Of a stretch of 64,000 bases of DNA, positions 1 to 13,300 are shown piece after piece. The notes beneath the pieces are model-generated. The model did no database searches and was not told the DNA's origin. It saw nothing but the letters and a program-made list of their open reading frames with translations. Each line of letters begins with the position of its first letter. The first letter of the stretch is position 1. The translations under genes were made by a program, and so were the position numbers. Origin of the DNA: the human T2T-CHM13v2.0 reference genome, Homo sapiens; NCBI RefSeq assembly GCF_009914755.1, contig NC_060930.1, one strand, 5' to 3'.

Positions 1-200
1 CAGTGTGGCTACACAGGCAGGGACTGGGGTGATGTAACCGTAAGCCAAAGAATGCTGGCAGCCACTAGATGCTGAACAAGGAAGTGTGGTCCTGCTAACA
101 TCTTGATTTTGGACTTCTGGCTATCAGAGCTATGAGGGAATAAGTTCCTCTTTCTATCAGGCACCCAGTTTTGTTACAGCAGCCCCCCAAAATGAACACA
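1..200 (+). mobile_element. MLT1-family (ERVL-MaLR) LTR, 3' part
   Basis: Typical MLT1 3' motifs gccaaagaatgc...ttgattttggacttctgg...tttgttacagcagc...aaatgaacaca. Confidence 0.75.
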
Positions 201-509
201 ATTGAATGGTGCTGTTCAAAGACTGAAACCTAACACCTGGAGCGTTGACTTTTTCCTGTCTCTCTCTGTCCAGGATGAAGCAGTAATGCTGGGTAAAAGT
301 GTCAGCTCTGCAGACCAGAGTTTTCTTTCATGTGGAGTGTCCCAGAGTCTAGACTGGGGAGCAGAGTCAGGAAGCAGTATGGCTGAAGTATTCACAGGCC
401 TGCTTGGTCACTTATACCACAGCCATATCCTCTAACCTGGAATTCATTAGGATGAAGCTCAAATTTTGATCTCCACCTATCGGATCCTCTCTATCTCTCT
501 ATCAGTTCT

Positions 510-871
510 TGCTACGGTCTGAATGTTTGTGTCCCTCCCCTCCAAGTTCATAGGTCAAATCATAATCCCCAGTGTCATGCTTTAGGAGGTGGGGCTCTTG
601 GGAAGTGATTAGGTCAGGGAGGAAGATTACTCATGATTGGGACTTGTGCCCTTATAAAAAAGGTGCCAGAGACATCCCTTGCCCTTTCTACCATGTTAGT
701 TCATAGTGAGAAAATGGCCATCAATGAACCGAGAAGTGGCCCTTACCATGTAACACATCTGCCTTGCTCTTGGACTTCCCAGCCTCCAAAACTGTAAGAA
801 ATCAATTTCTGTTGTTTGCAAGCTACTTGGTGTATGGTATTTTGTTAGAGCAGCACAAGCAGACTAAGACA
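510..871 (+). mobile_element. MLT1A-like solo LTR
   Basis: Starts tgctacggtctgaatgtttgtgtcc, ends gactaagaca; perfect 5-bp TSD gttct (505-509, 872-876). Confidence 0.9.
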
Positions 872-1049
872 GTTCTGAATTGGGATTCTGAAGAGAGGGG
901 TGTTATTTATTAATCCCCTTAAAACCCCAAGAGAATGCATGGGAAATATATCTGTGGACTGGTTGGAGAGAAAAAAAAATTTGTAAACAGGATGTGATCT
1001 GTCAGGATCCTCCTGAAAGAAAAGTCAGGGGTGGAAATTAGTAAGGCAA

Positions 1050-1688
1050 ACCAGGGTCAGAGCTTCCCAAGACCATGGGAACCTACCTCTTGCATCAGCG
1101 TGACCTGGATGCGAAACATGGAATCAAAGAAGATCATTTTGGAGCTTTAAGATTTGACCACCCTGCTGGATTCGGACTTGCATGGTGCCTATAGGCCCTT
1201 TGTTTTGGCCAATTTCTCCCATATGGAATGGCTGTATTTACCCAATGCCTTTACCCCCATTGTGTCTAGGAAGTAACTAACTTGCTTTTGAGTTAATGCT
1301 GAAATGAGTTAAGACTTTGGGGGACTGTTGGGAAGGCAGGACTGGTTTTTAAAATGTGAGGACATGAGGTTGGTGGAATGATATGGTTTGGCTATGTCCC
1401 CACCCAGATCTCACCTGGAATTCCCACGTGTTGTGGAAGGGACCTGGTGGGAGGTAATTGAATCATGGGGGCAGGTCTTTCCCGTGCTGTTCTCGTGATA
1501 GTAAGTATCACGAGATCCAGTGGTGATTATAAGGGTGAGTTTTCCTGCACAAGCTTTCTTCTATTGTCTGCTGCCATGTGAGATGTGCCTTTCCCCTTCC
1601 ACCATGACTGTGAGGCCTCCCCAGCCACATGGAAGTATAAGTCCAATAAACCTCCTTCTTTTGTTTAAAAAGAAAAAAGAAAAGAAAA
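1050..1688 (+). mobile_element. THE1(A-like) internal 3' end + LTR truncated at the poly(A) site, with A-tail (processed retrocopy)
   Basis: THE1-int 3' sequence; LTR start tgatatggtttggct at 1379; aataaa 1645-1650; A-rich tail ~1667-1688; 16-bp TSD gaaattagtaaggcaa (1034-1049, 1689-1704). Confidence 0.88.
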
Positions 1689-1714
1689 GAAATTAGTAAG
1701 GCAAGTTCTGACAC

Positions 1715-1946
1715 AAGACTGCCTGGATTCAGATCTGAGCTCAGACCTTCCCAGCTGCATGACTGTGAGCAAATCAGTTTTTTCTCCCCTACTCAGTTTT
1801 CCCATCTGTAAAATAGGGCCAAATAGGAGCCCCTCTCTCCTAGATTAAATAAATGTATGGATTAAATAAATATATGCATATAAAGCACTTAGGACAGCTT
1901 ACACAGAGGCACATAATAAGCCCCCAATAGATGTGAGCTATTATTC
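1715..1946 (+). mobile_element. MIR SINE fragment
   Basis: Core ctcagttttcccatctgtaaaataggg and 3' end taaagcacttag...agctattatt. Confidence 0.75.
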
Positions 1947-2518
1947 TCTAGAAAAATAGTTGAGAGAAAGGGAGAAAAAGAAGTTGCCTATAGATGCAGA
2001 CATAAACTCTCTTTCTCTAGATGACTGTGGGTAAAATTCAGCAGCATTTAAATGTCTGGTCTGACCCACTGTTGAGATAACCAGTAAAAACTCAAGGCCT
2101 CAGGAGGGTGGGGGAAAAGGGAGTTGCAGGTGTTTGCAGGAGGAAGCCATCATTTCAGCCAATAACGGACTTGGTGCATCATGGGCATCTGGCAGCACAG
2201 CAAAGGCGCTTTGGCAGCTTCATGTACGGTACAAGTGAGTGAATTACTGTTATGCTAATTAAACTTTTTAATACAGCATCAGGAAAGAGTCTGATCCCTT
2301 CATTTCTAATATCTTGGAAATGCAGGGAAGGAGGAGAGGGTCATTGATTCATTAATTCAACACATGTTCATTGAGTTCCTGCTGTGTGCCAGGCACTATT
2401 CCAGCCCCTGGAGACATGAGAGTAAATGAAGAAAAGTCCTGGATTCATGGCTTCTATTATAGTGATAGGAGAGAGACAATAAACAAATAAACATGTGAAA
2501 CATAAATATAACAGTCAG

Positions 2519-2839
<321 letters not shown>

Positions 2840-2907
2840 CTATGGAGAAAAATGAAATAGATAAATGAGGAATGAGGAGAGGGTAAGAATGAGATGGTTT
2901 TAAATAG

Positions 2908-3390
2908 AGTGGTAAGTTCCCCAGTGCTGCTAAAACAAATGACCATAAACATAGTCCTTAAACAACAAAAATTTATTTTTATCTTTCTGTTCTAGAGGTC
3001 AGAAGTCCTAAAATAAAGGTATCGGCAGGACTGTGTTCCTTTTGGAAGGTTTAGGGGAGAATCCACTTCCTTGACTTTTTCAGCTCGTGAGGCCGCCCCC
3101 ATCCCTTGGCTCATAGCCCCTTCCTGTATCTTCCAAGCCAGCAGTGTGGCAGATTCATATTTCTCTCTGATGCTCTTTCCACCATCATATCTCCTTCTCT
3201 GACTCTGTCTCCTGCCTCCCTCCTATAAAGACTCATGAGTACAATGGGCACACCTGGATTATCCAGGATCATCTCTCATCTCAAGATCCTCAGCTTAATT
3301 ATGACTGTAAAGTGTCTCTGCCATGTAAGGTAGCAGGTTCTGGGAATTAGGACATGGATATCATTGGAAGGCCATTATTCTACCTACCAT
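2908..3390 (-). mobile_element. MLT1D/E-like LTR
   Basis: Reverse MLT1 motifs aacaaatgaccataaac...gaggtcagaagtcc...ccatgtaaggta...gccattattctacctacca. Confidence 0.8.
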
Positions 3391-3818
3391 GATAGTCAGA
3401 AAAGACCCCAGTGAGAAGGTGACATTGAGAGAAGCAAGGATGTATGCCATGCAGTTAGCTAGGGAAGAGCACACCAGGCCACAAATGAGAGGCAGGTCTG
3501 GAGTGTTTGAGGAACAGAAAGGGCCTGATGAGCTGCAGAGGAGGGAGGAGGGGAGAGTAGCAGGTGCTGAGGTCAGAGGTAAAGGGGGACCAAATTCCAC
3601 AGGCCCTTATAGGTCACTTTGAGATCTTCTCTGCCAACCCCACCCTGTTTGTGAAAGACTGAAACAGACTATGGTCTCATTTGGTTTTCACAGTGGTGTG
3701 ACATCCTCAGTTTATGCTTGCTGAGTAAGGCCTGAGGCCTTGCCTCACCTACCCAGGCATTAAGGGATAGAGCTGGGTGTTTTTGGCCGTTCTTGTGTCA
3801 CTATAAAGAAACACCTGA

Positions 3819-4151
<333 letters not shown>

Positions 4152-4154
4152 TTA

Positions 4155-4780
4155 CACTGGGAAGACAATGTAGTGATTCCTTAAGGATCTAGATCCAGAA
4201 ATACCATTTGACCCAGCAACCCTATTATTTGGTGTATACCCAAAGGATTATAAATCAGTCTACTATAAAGACACGTGCACACATATGTTTATTGCAGCAC
4301 TATTTACAATAGCAAAGACTTGGAACCAACCCAAATGCCCATCAATGATAGACTGGATAAAGAAAATGTGGCACATATACACCATGGAATACTATGCAGC
4401 CATAAAAAAAGATGAGTTCATGTTCTTTGCAGGGACATGGATGAAGCTGGAAGCCATCATCCTCAGCAAACTAACACAGGAACAGAAACCAAACACCGCA
4501 TGTTCTCACTCATAAGTGGGAGTTGAACAATGAGAACACATGGACACAGGGAGGGGAACAACACATACCAGGGCCTGTCGTGGGGTTGGGGGCAAGGGAA
4601 GGGAGAGCATTAGGGCAAATACCTAACGGATGTGAGGCTTAAAACCTATGACGGGTTGATAGGTGCAGTAAACCACCATGGCACATGTATACCTATGTAA
4701 CAAACATGCACATTCAGCACATGTATCCCAGAACTTATTGTAAAATTTTAAAAGAAAGGATAAAGTTTAAAAAGAAAAAG
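4155..4780 (+). mobile_element. 5'-truncated L1PA (approx. L1PA8-10), ORF2 end + 3'UTR
   Basis: ORF 4285-4515 is the L1 ORF2 C-terminus (MFIAALFTIAKTWNQPKCPS...); 3'UTR and A-rich tail; 16-bp TSD aaagaaaagaggttta (4139-4154, 4781-4796). Confidence 0.93.
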
Positions 4781-5189
4781 AAAGAAAAGAGGTTTAACGG
4801 GCTTACAGTTCTGCAGGCTGTACCAACATGGCTCCAGCATCTGCTTCTGGTGAGAGCCTCGGGGGGCTCACAATCATGGCAGAAGGTGAAGCAGGAGCAG
4901 GCGCAAGAGCATGAGGGAGGAGCTGCCACACACTTTTAAACAACCTGGTCTTGTGAGAACTTTCTCAATATCATGAGAACAGCGAGGGACAAATCCGCCC
5001 CCATGATCCAATCACTTCCCACCAGGGCCCTCTTGCAACACTGGAAATCACATTTCAACCCGAGATTTGGAGGGGACAAGCATCCAAACCATATAATTGC
5101 ATTTCAAACCCACAGCCCATCTGACTCCAAACCTGCCCTGGACTTCTGAGTAGGGTCTCTCTGATCAAGTGCTTTAGCTCCTGGTTTCA

Positions 5190-5465
5190 AGGATACATCC
5201 TCTCTGAAGCCTTCCCTTCCCTTCCCAACACTAGGTTAGGTGTCCTGCCCATGTGCACTTACACTGATCACCTTCCATACTCATTCCAAGGAGACCCCTT
5301 TTCATACTGTATTATAATTCCTGGATTTAGGGTCTGTGTCTCACCTTTAAGCCTAGATCATGTTCTATTTATCAATGGATACTTACAGTAGAGTTTAGAG
5401 TAAATAATCAGTAACTGTTTGTAAATGAATTGATGAAATTAAGAGTAAATGCATGAGTAAATGAC
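5190..5465 (+). mobile_element. L2 3' fragment
   Basis: tcctctctgaagccttccc... ending tgtaaatgaattgatgaa. Confidence 0.5.
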
Positions 5466-6430
5466 CTTACCTTAGCAAATTAATAGGTGAGTCCCAGAAA
5501 ACTAAAGGCTCATAAAATAGCACCTAACCTTAAAAGGACACACCTTTTAACTCAAGGTGTTTAGAAGAAATGCATGACAGTTCTGCTTATGGCACAAAGT
5601 TCCCTGCTATAAGAAGTGGAGCAGGGAAGTCATTAAGGATCAAGAAGTCCCTTCCTAGCTGCAGGAAGCAGCCCTCTTAGCCATGAGGAGCATCCATCAT
5701 AGATCATATTAATAAGCATAAAAGCAGGAGAGGAGAATTGCTCCTTTGGAATCCTTTAGCTCCTGTGCTTGCTTTCACCTCCTGGAGCAACATCCAGCCC
5801 AAAAGATTGGATTAAGAAGAGATTAACAAGCAATAGGCAGTGATTCCACGCAGGAGGCTGATGAACACCATGAGGACATCTCAGGATCCCTCCCTCCAGG
5901 CATCCCGTGGCCCACACGTCTGTGTGTGTCTGGTGCTGATGAGGTACTGTTTTGATCATGACGTAAAAGTAAGAATGTTTGGAATAAAGTTGTCATTTTC
6001 TTCTGAAGCCTGTTCACAGCCTGTTTATTCCTCCAGGGACATTCTGAGTCTGATTCCAACAATATGCTTTGAGATTATTAAAAGACTTCCCAAAAAACAC
6101 TGTCAGAGAGAAACTGCCACCATAGTACATAGCTGTCTGGGGCTGGAGGAATCCTGGCTCTAAGCAAAATCTTGGGATATGGAGCACAAGTTTCAGATGA
6201 AAACAGCTTCTGGGAGGAAGGAGAGCATTTTATAGCAGAAGCATTAAATTAATCCTCACTCATACAGTGCAAATTTTGACACAAAAATCCCTGGTTTCCA
6301 GGGGAGCAGGGCCAACAGGAGGGCGCTGTAGGTTTCCACTAGGCTGCAAGGAAATGGATATTAAATAAGAAGGAGTGGGAGTTGGGGAGAGAAAAGAGGC
6401 CAAGTAGAGTGGAAAAGGAAAGAGCATAAG

Positions 6431-6778
<348 letters not shown>

Positions 6779-6939
6779 TTAACTTCACATAGCAAGGATG
6801 CAGTCTGACTCACAGTGTGAAATGCTGCACTTCTCTTGCTAAGCTACTGCTTACAACCACACGGAAAGAAACCTTGCAGATTAGCAGATGTAGATGGAGT
6901 TGTTTGGCTAGAAAAGGGCGAAATCTTTTGCCACAATAA

Positions 6940-8500
6940 CCATAATATTTACTCTGTGCCAGGTACCCCGTTAGGCTCTGGGGTTGCACGTGGCTATCAG
7001 TGAGACTTAGTCTCTGTCTGCACGGAGGGCACATGTTAAACGAGTCCTTGAGGTTCAAAACCTCAGAGAAGTGTTATACTCATATTTATTTTTCCGAAGA
7101 TTTCTCTGGCTATGTTGTGGAGAATGCATTAGAAAAGGACAAAGATGGATACAGAAAGACTGCTTAAGAGGCTGTTATTGTCATTCAGGTGAGAGATGAT
7201 GGAGGTGTGGAAGAGATAAATGATAAAGAATCAAAAGATATTTAGGTATGGAACTGGCGTGACCTGGGTATGCATCTGAGAATAGAGCAGGGGCATCACT
7301 TCCAGTTTCAGACTTGACCAACTGGTGGAGGGGTGCACTCTACAGAAATAGAGGATGTTAGGAGAGAAGGTATCTGTTGGGGAAACCAAGAGTTCTTAGA
7401 TGTTGTGAGGGACACTGCAGATTGGCTCACTTGACCTCTATTCTATGCTCCTTCTCATGGTCCATCTCATATTATAGAGTCTAGAAAGCCAAAACAACAT
7501 TCCCCACACTCTCTTATAATTCAGGATTCAAATGTGGTTCAGGTCATCAATCAGCTACACTTGCATGAGTCTTGAATCCAGAAGTGAGTCAGGTGGAGAA
7601 AGAGGCAGCAGAGCCTGGAGCATCCATTCTGCTGATGCAAATCTAGTGAGTTAAATGACTCTGGGTCCAACACTTCAGGCTATAGCCGCCTGACATCTGC
7701 ATCAGAGCTAGGCCCACATTTGGAACAGCAGGTTTCTAATTCCTTAGCTTCCTGCCTGTGGCAAAGCTAGAACTTCCCCTAGAGGGTTAATTCTGCAGTG
7801 GTATCCTGGGTGCCATTCCTGGAAGCCTAGGGCCTTCTTTAGTCCTTCCTACAACTTCTAAGCACACAATTTCCTGTAGAAGCCCCTTTCTGCTTACAAT
7901 GTCTAGAATGCATTATGCTCTCAGCAACAGAAAATTAACCAATATGAAAGTAGTGAGTTTGTAGAGCCTGCAAGAAATGCAGGTGCAAATACACGCATGG
8001 CACTCAGATGATATAGGTCTGGGGTTAAGGAGAGAGGACTGGGCTGGCAATTTATGAGTAATGTTAGCATGCGGATATAGGATGAGATCATCCTGGGAGA
8101 TATTGCCAAGAAAGAATTTGAAGGTTGAGAGGAAAGGAGGCCCTGGGACAAAAGCTTTGGAAACACCAGTTTTTGAGAGCTGGCTAGAAATGCAAGCTGG
8201 CCACCATAGGAAGAGGGACAGAAGGTAGGAAGAAACCAGGAGGTGCTGGTGTTATAGAAACCAGAGGTAGAAAGTGGTCCTTTAAGAATGGATTAACCTG
8301 GCAAGTGCTGCTAGGAGGTCAGGCAAACTGAGGACTGAATGTGCCTGTGGAGTCTGGTCTTTGGTAACCTTGGAAAGAGCAGGTTTGGTTGCAGTGATGA
8401 CAACAGGGTCAGATTACGGAGATCCAGGGGTGAGGGAGAGATAAGAAAATAGATACCATGAGAGGAGGCAGTCTTAAAAGAGGCTTAACCATCTCTGGAA
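6940..8500 (-). mobile_element. Degraded L2 fragments, interrupted by an ERVL LTR
   Basis: ctctggctatgttgtggagaatg, caggtgagagatgatgg, gatgagatcatcctgggaga and gtaaccttggaaagagcag L2-like motifs. Confidence 0.6.
7400..7945 (+). mobile_element. Old ERVL LTR (LTR33/LTR16-like)
   Basis: ctagaaagccaaaacaacattcccc and cccctttctgctta...tcagcaacaga motifs; boundaries approximate. Confidence 0.5.
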
Positions 8501-8631
8501 GTGACGAAGGATTAAGGAGGAGAGTTTATAAAGAATCTTTAGTCAAGCTAAGCCACTCCTCATCATGAAACGTTAGTGAGGTGTTATGTGAGGTAGTATT
8601 GCATATTTTACCTAAATGATGAATTTTTGCA

Positions 8632-8935
8632 TTTTTTTTTTTTTTTAGACAGATTCTCGCTCTGTCATCCAGGACATCCAGGCTGGAGTGCAGTGGTGCT
8701 ATCACGATTCACTGGCACCTCTGCCTCTGGGCTCAAGTGATCCTAGCACCTCAGCCCCCCAAGTAGTTGGGACCACAGGTGCGTGCCACCGTACCCAGCT
8801 AACTTTTGTGTTTTTTGTAGAGATGGGGTTTCACTATGTTGCCCAGCCTTGTTTCAAACTCTTGGACTCAAGTGGTTCACCTGCCTCAGCCTCCCAAAGT
8901 GCTGGGATGATAGGGGTGAGGCACCACGCTTGGTT
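8632..8935 (-). mobile_element. AluJ-like
   Basis: Poly-T then reverse Alu; internal 9-bp duplication catccagga/catccagg. Confidence 0.92.
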
Positions 8936-9539
8936 AATTTTTTTTTTTATATGGGAGAAAGAAGCACATGTTTGAATGGTTAGGAGGTGAAATTGGAAGA
9001 CTTAGGGAAGAGGGAATGCTTACACACCTCAATGGTTGTGCAAATGTAGGAGGTAGTGGGCTCCAGATGGGGGAGATGGTTCTAGAGAGAAGAGAGAACA
9101 ACTCTTCCACTGCGCCGGGAGGGAAGGATGAGGCAGAGAGAGCAGATGCATTAGGGATTAGCTGTTGTGGGCAGGAATGGGAGGACAGATGGACTGTGGT
9201 ATTTAGTCTGTGCAGTAACAGACACAATTCTCTTTCTAGGTTTGTAGGGGGTGAGAGTTGGAGATTTTGGGAGAGTGGAGAAGGTCTTAATGGTCATCCT
9301 GGAGAATGAAAGGGCAAGCTCACTAGATTGCCATCAGCACTGGGGCCCTGCTTGGGCTTAGTGACCAGGAACTGACAGTGGGATCAATCTGTACAACTGC
9401 AAGATTGTGCTTGGCAGTACTTGGGCACTTGCTCACAGCCAGGGAACAGGTGGTCAGCTCTAGTCATGCAGGCTTGGGGTGTTTTCAGGTCGCTATGATG
9501 GAAGGACAATAGGCAATGGAAACGGACAAGAGAATAAAT

Positions 9540-9750
9540 CAGAGGTTCTCAGTGACAGAAGGGATGGTAGCACCCTGCTGTGGTGTCTGGAAGTAGGCAA
9601 GGCTGTTTTGGGTTCTCACAATGAAGGGGAGCATATTGGAATTTAGTGGGCAGGACCCAGGGATGCTAAATTCCCTCAATGTGGAAGAGGGTACCTAACA
9701 ACAAATAATCATCCCCTGCAAATTGCCAATCATACCCAATGATAAATGAT
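9540..9750 (+). mobile_element. MER20-like hAT-Charlie MITE, degraded
   Basis: ggttctca...tttagtgggcaggacccagggatgctaaa...acaacaaataatcatccc...aattgccaat. Confidence 0.6.
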
Positions 9751-9984
9751 GAAACTAAGGGACTGTGGGCTTAGCTAACTAAGCCAGACAAATAGGGAGG
9801 TAAAGAAAGGTGGAGGTAGGTTAAGAGTAGGAAGACCTGAGCAGGTGAAGATCAGACCAAATCAGGAAAGGCTGAGCATGCAAGCTGGCAGGATTAGTGT
9901 CTGTGGTCAGACGGTGGGTGTCTGAATCCCTGATTTCAGAAGCAGGCAGTTTCCAGTGATGCAGCATGAAAGAGGACTCCAGTT

Positions 9985-10397
9985 TGAGTCTTTTGAAAAG
10001 CAAATGTCAAGATAGAGTTTGATGTGCAAGAGATTTATTGGGGTAACATTGTAGAGGGTAAAGGGGAGAGTAGCAGGAGTGGGTGGGGAAAGTCTTCAGA
10101 CCAGGATGCAGGGCTGACACCTGTGACAGGAGAGGCACAGGAAGGAGGGTTGGGTGGGAGAAGCTTCAGAGAGCAGCCCCAGACTGATGGGGGAGCTCCA
10201 GAGGAAAGACGGCCCACTGGGGGTCCCAAGGAGGGCAGGAATGGTTGGCCTCTGGTACCCTGTAGTGTTCATCATGGCCTTGCACAAAACTGCAGCCAAT
10301 CTGAAGATGCAGCTGATGGAGGCTGTCCACCAGCCCCCTCCACCAAGCAGATTGTTCTGAAGTGAGACTGAGCAATGCACCACCAGGGCCACCACAT
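9985..10397 (-). mobile_element. Old ERVL LTR (LTR16-like)
   Basis: aagcaaatgtcaagatagagttt...gatttattgggg...cagaccaggatgcagggctgacacctgtga; ends accaca. Confidence 0.55.
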
Positions 10398-10452
10398 GGG
10401 GGTAGCAGATGTAGTGTGTGGGTAACGGAAGCTCCAAAAGAGCAGGACTAGC

Positions 10453-10776
10453 TTTTTTTTCTTTTCTTTTCTTTTCTTTCTTTTTTTTTTTTTTTGAGAC
10501 AGAGTCTCAATCTGTCACCCAGACTGAAGTGCAGCAGCATGATCTCGGCTCACTGAAACCTCCACCTCCCAGGCTCAAGCGATTCTCCTGCCTCAGCCTC
10601 CCGAGTAGCTAGGATTACAGGTAGGCACTACTACCACTCGGCTAATTTTTATATTTTTGGTAGAAACAGGGTTTCACCATGTTGGCCAGGCTGGTGTTGA
10701 ACTCTTGACTTCAGATGATCCACCCACGTTGGCCTCCCAAAGTACTGGGATTACAGGTGTGTGCCACCACGGCCCG
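10453..10776 (-). mobile_element. Alu, AluS-type
   Basis: (CTTTT)n/poly-T tail then reverse dimer. Confidence 0.93.
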
Positions 10777-10889
10777 TGTATTTTTAAAATTTTGCCTTTT
10801 CTCATATTTTAGCCCTAATGCTTTGACACATTCAAATTTCATTCAAAAGTTTGTCAAATGAACTAATGAATATATGTCAAGAAACTGAG

Positions 10890-11110
10890 AGAGTAGAGCA
10901 TAGAGATAAAGTCTTCCCATTAGGGTTACAGTCCAGCTCCACCACTTACTAACTCATCTTAGGAAAACTATCACTGAATGGGAATGGTGATAAATAGCTC
11001 CTACTCTGTGGGTCTTTGTGAGGATTTAAAGAGACTTTAGGAAGAAGACCCAGCACAGTATCTGGAAAATGGTATGCAATCAATGATAACTACTAGTAGT
11101 ATGATTATTT
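10890..11110 (+). mobile_element. MIR fragment
   Basis: ccagctccaccacttactaact...tgtgaggatttaaa...cagcacagtatctgg. Confidence 0.55.
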
Positions 11111-12440
11111 CTGCCCCTTTCCATTATCTTTTGCAAGAAAACCTTTTAAGAACAAATAGAAACATGTTCAGGCAGTTGGACTACGTTACTTCTTCCTATA
11201 TTAGACTTTTTTTCACTTTCTATATTAGACCCCGTGCTCCTGGAAAGTGATGAATCCATGTTTTCTTGCTTTGTAAATCATCATAGTGCCCCGAACAATG
11301 TTCTAAACACAGTTATTATTTACATCATATAGGTAGAATAAAGATGAAACAAGGGGAGAGTCACCCCGCAGACATTATCAGAGACTTAATGAGTTCTTGG
11401 GTGAGAGAGTAAGAATGTGAGTACTCTGTGAGTGTGTCAGAGCTGGAGGAGGGTGGGTTTCACCAATCCTAGATAAATATCACCCTGGATCCGTGTCTTC
11501 TCAGCCAGGGAAAGGAAGCAACTTGCTTTTCCTTTTGAACAAAGCCTGTGCCTGAATGAACATCTCTGGAGAGAAATGTGTTTGTACATTAAACTGGTAA
11601 TTAAAGGTCCCCAAAAAACCAAGTCTCATTACTCAGCTTAAGGAGCTGCCTAGATAGCGTCTGGCATAGTGTCAAGTGTCTGCTTGGTGCAAAGCTGAGC
11701 CTGGAGTCGTCCCATAGGCTGGGGGACCTTGGAGACCTGCCTCCTGGGGCTCTCCTGCACCAGACTCATGTTTACGTTGGGCTGATCATAAACCAAGCAG
11801 GTCCTCACACTTCTCAGGTTTCATTGTTCTCCTTTCTAAATATTTAAACAGGCTGTTAAGAAGAGGGCCGTGTCAACTGCCTGATTCAGTGAACATTACA
11901 ATGGTTAATTGTCGGGATCACAACAGACGTCACAAACTCCAGGCAGGTTAAAATCTCTCAGCCTTGAGGAAAGCTGCTGCCAGTCATTCTTCTCTAGACT
12001 GAAAGAGTCTGTTAGAATCAAGTTCAGATAAGGTAACACTGATCACGTCAATTTCTCCTGCACAAAATAGAGCATGTGGTTTGTACTTTACAAATATTTG
12101 TCTAATTAATCACTTTCACTGAGGCAGGGAGATAATAATACCTTATCTTTGTAAAATGCTTCCTATTTGCAAAGCACTTTCACCCATATCATCTAATTTG
12201 CTCTTTATTGTTGGGTGTTATTTCTTAGCCAGACTAGGGATGATCCTAGTTATTAATATTAATATTAAAAGCAACCACCACCCCAACCATAGCAGCTGAT
12301 TTACTGACAGCTTTCTATGTTCCATGCACTGTTTTAAGTACATTACAAGTAGGATGATCAGTGGGAACAGACACCAAAAGAATAAAAAAGATCATGCATT
12401 TGCTTTGCACATATTGAATTTTATGCACTTGCTGGGAGGA

Positions 12441-12881
12441 TGCTATACTTGGAATATTTTTCCCCTCCAAACCTCATGTTGAAATTTGATCCCCATTGTT
12501 GGAGGTGGGGCCTAACAGGAGGTGTTTGGGTCAAGGTGTGGATCCCTTATGAATGACTTGGTGCTGTTCTCAAGGTAGTGAGTTCTTGCTCTGTTAGTTC
12601 CCTCGGCAGCTGGTTATTAAAAAAAAAAAAAAAAAAAAAAGCCTACCCCAGCCCCTGGCTCTCCCTTGCTTCCTCTCTCACCATATGATCTCTGCACAAG
12701 CCAGCTCTGGCTCCTGTTCACCTTCCACGATGAGTGAAAGCAGCCTGGGGCCTTCACCAGGAGCAGATGCTGGCACCTGTTTCTTGTACAGCCCGCAGAA
12801 CTGTAAACCAAGTCAATCTCTTTTTCACAAATTCCCCAGTCTCAGGTATTCCTTCACAGCAATATAAAACTGATTAAGACA
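12441..12881 (+). mobile_element. MSTB-like solo LTR with an expanded internal A-tract (12619-12640)
   Basis: tgctata...ctcatgttgaaatttgatcccc...ctcaggtattccttcacagcaat...gattaagaca; TSD gagga/gaggt. Confidence 0.88.
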
Positions 12882-13039
12882 GAGGTACTCAGGGTGGCAC
12901 ATTTTTGGACAGTTTCTCCTAGGAAAAACCTTGCTCCCTACAACTAACTTCGATTCTCTCCATCATCCTTTCCATGGCTTCCAAGACGTTCCAGGATCTA
13001 GCTCCTTTTCTGTAGTATTCTGAATAAGCCAAATAACTA

Positions 13040-13300
13040 TAATTGATAATAACACAACACTAATGGGGCATGCCTATATGTTAGGCTTTGTTGTAAGCAG
13101 TTTCAAGGCATTCTCTCATTTAATCCTCACAACAGCACCATGAGGTGGGTAGAGTTATTGTCTCTATTTTCAGATCAGGAAACTGAGGCATAAAGAGGTT
13201 AAGCAATGTGCCTGCGGTCACACAGCTATTAAGTGGTGTGCTGGGACTCTAGCTCACATGGTCTGGCTCTAGTGTCTGTGTTCTTAATCACCACACTGTG
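13040..13300 (-). mobile_element. MIR
   Basis: ctcatttaatcctcacaacagcaccatgaggtgggt...cagatcaggaaactgaggc...ggtcacacagct. Confidence 0.85.

Noticed and set aside
4285-4515. 76-aa ORF with a recognisable protein sequence
   Set aside because: It is the C-terminal remnant of L1 ORF2 in a 5'-truncated L1, not a host gene.
5756-6163. Overlapping ORFs and a possible donor (gag|gtact) in unique sequence
   Set aside because: No recognisable protein similarity or paired splice signals; an exon cannot be supported without transcript data.
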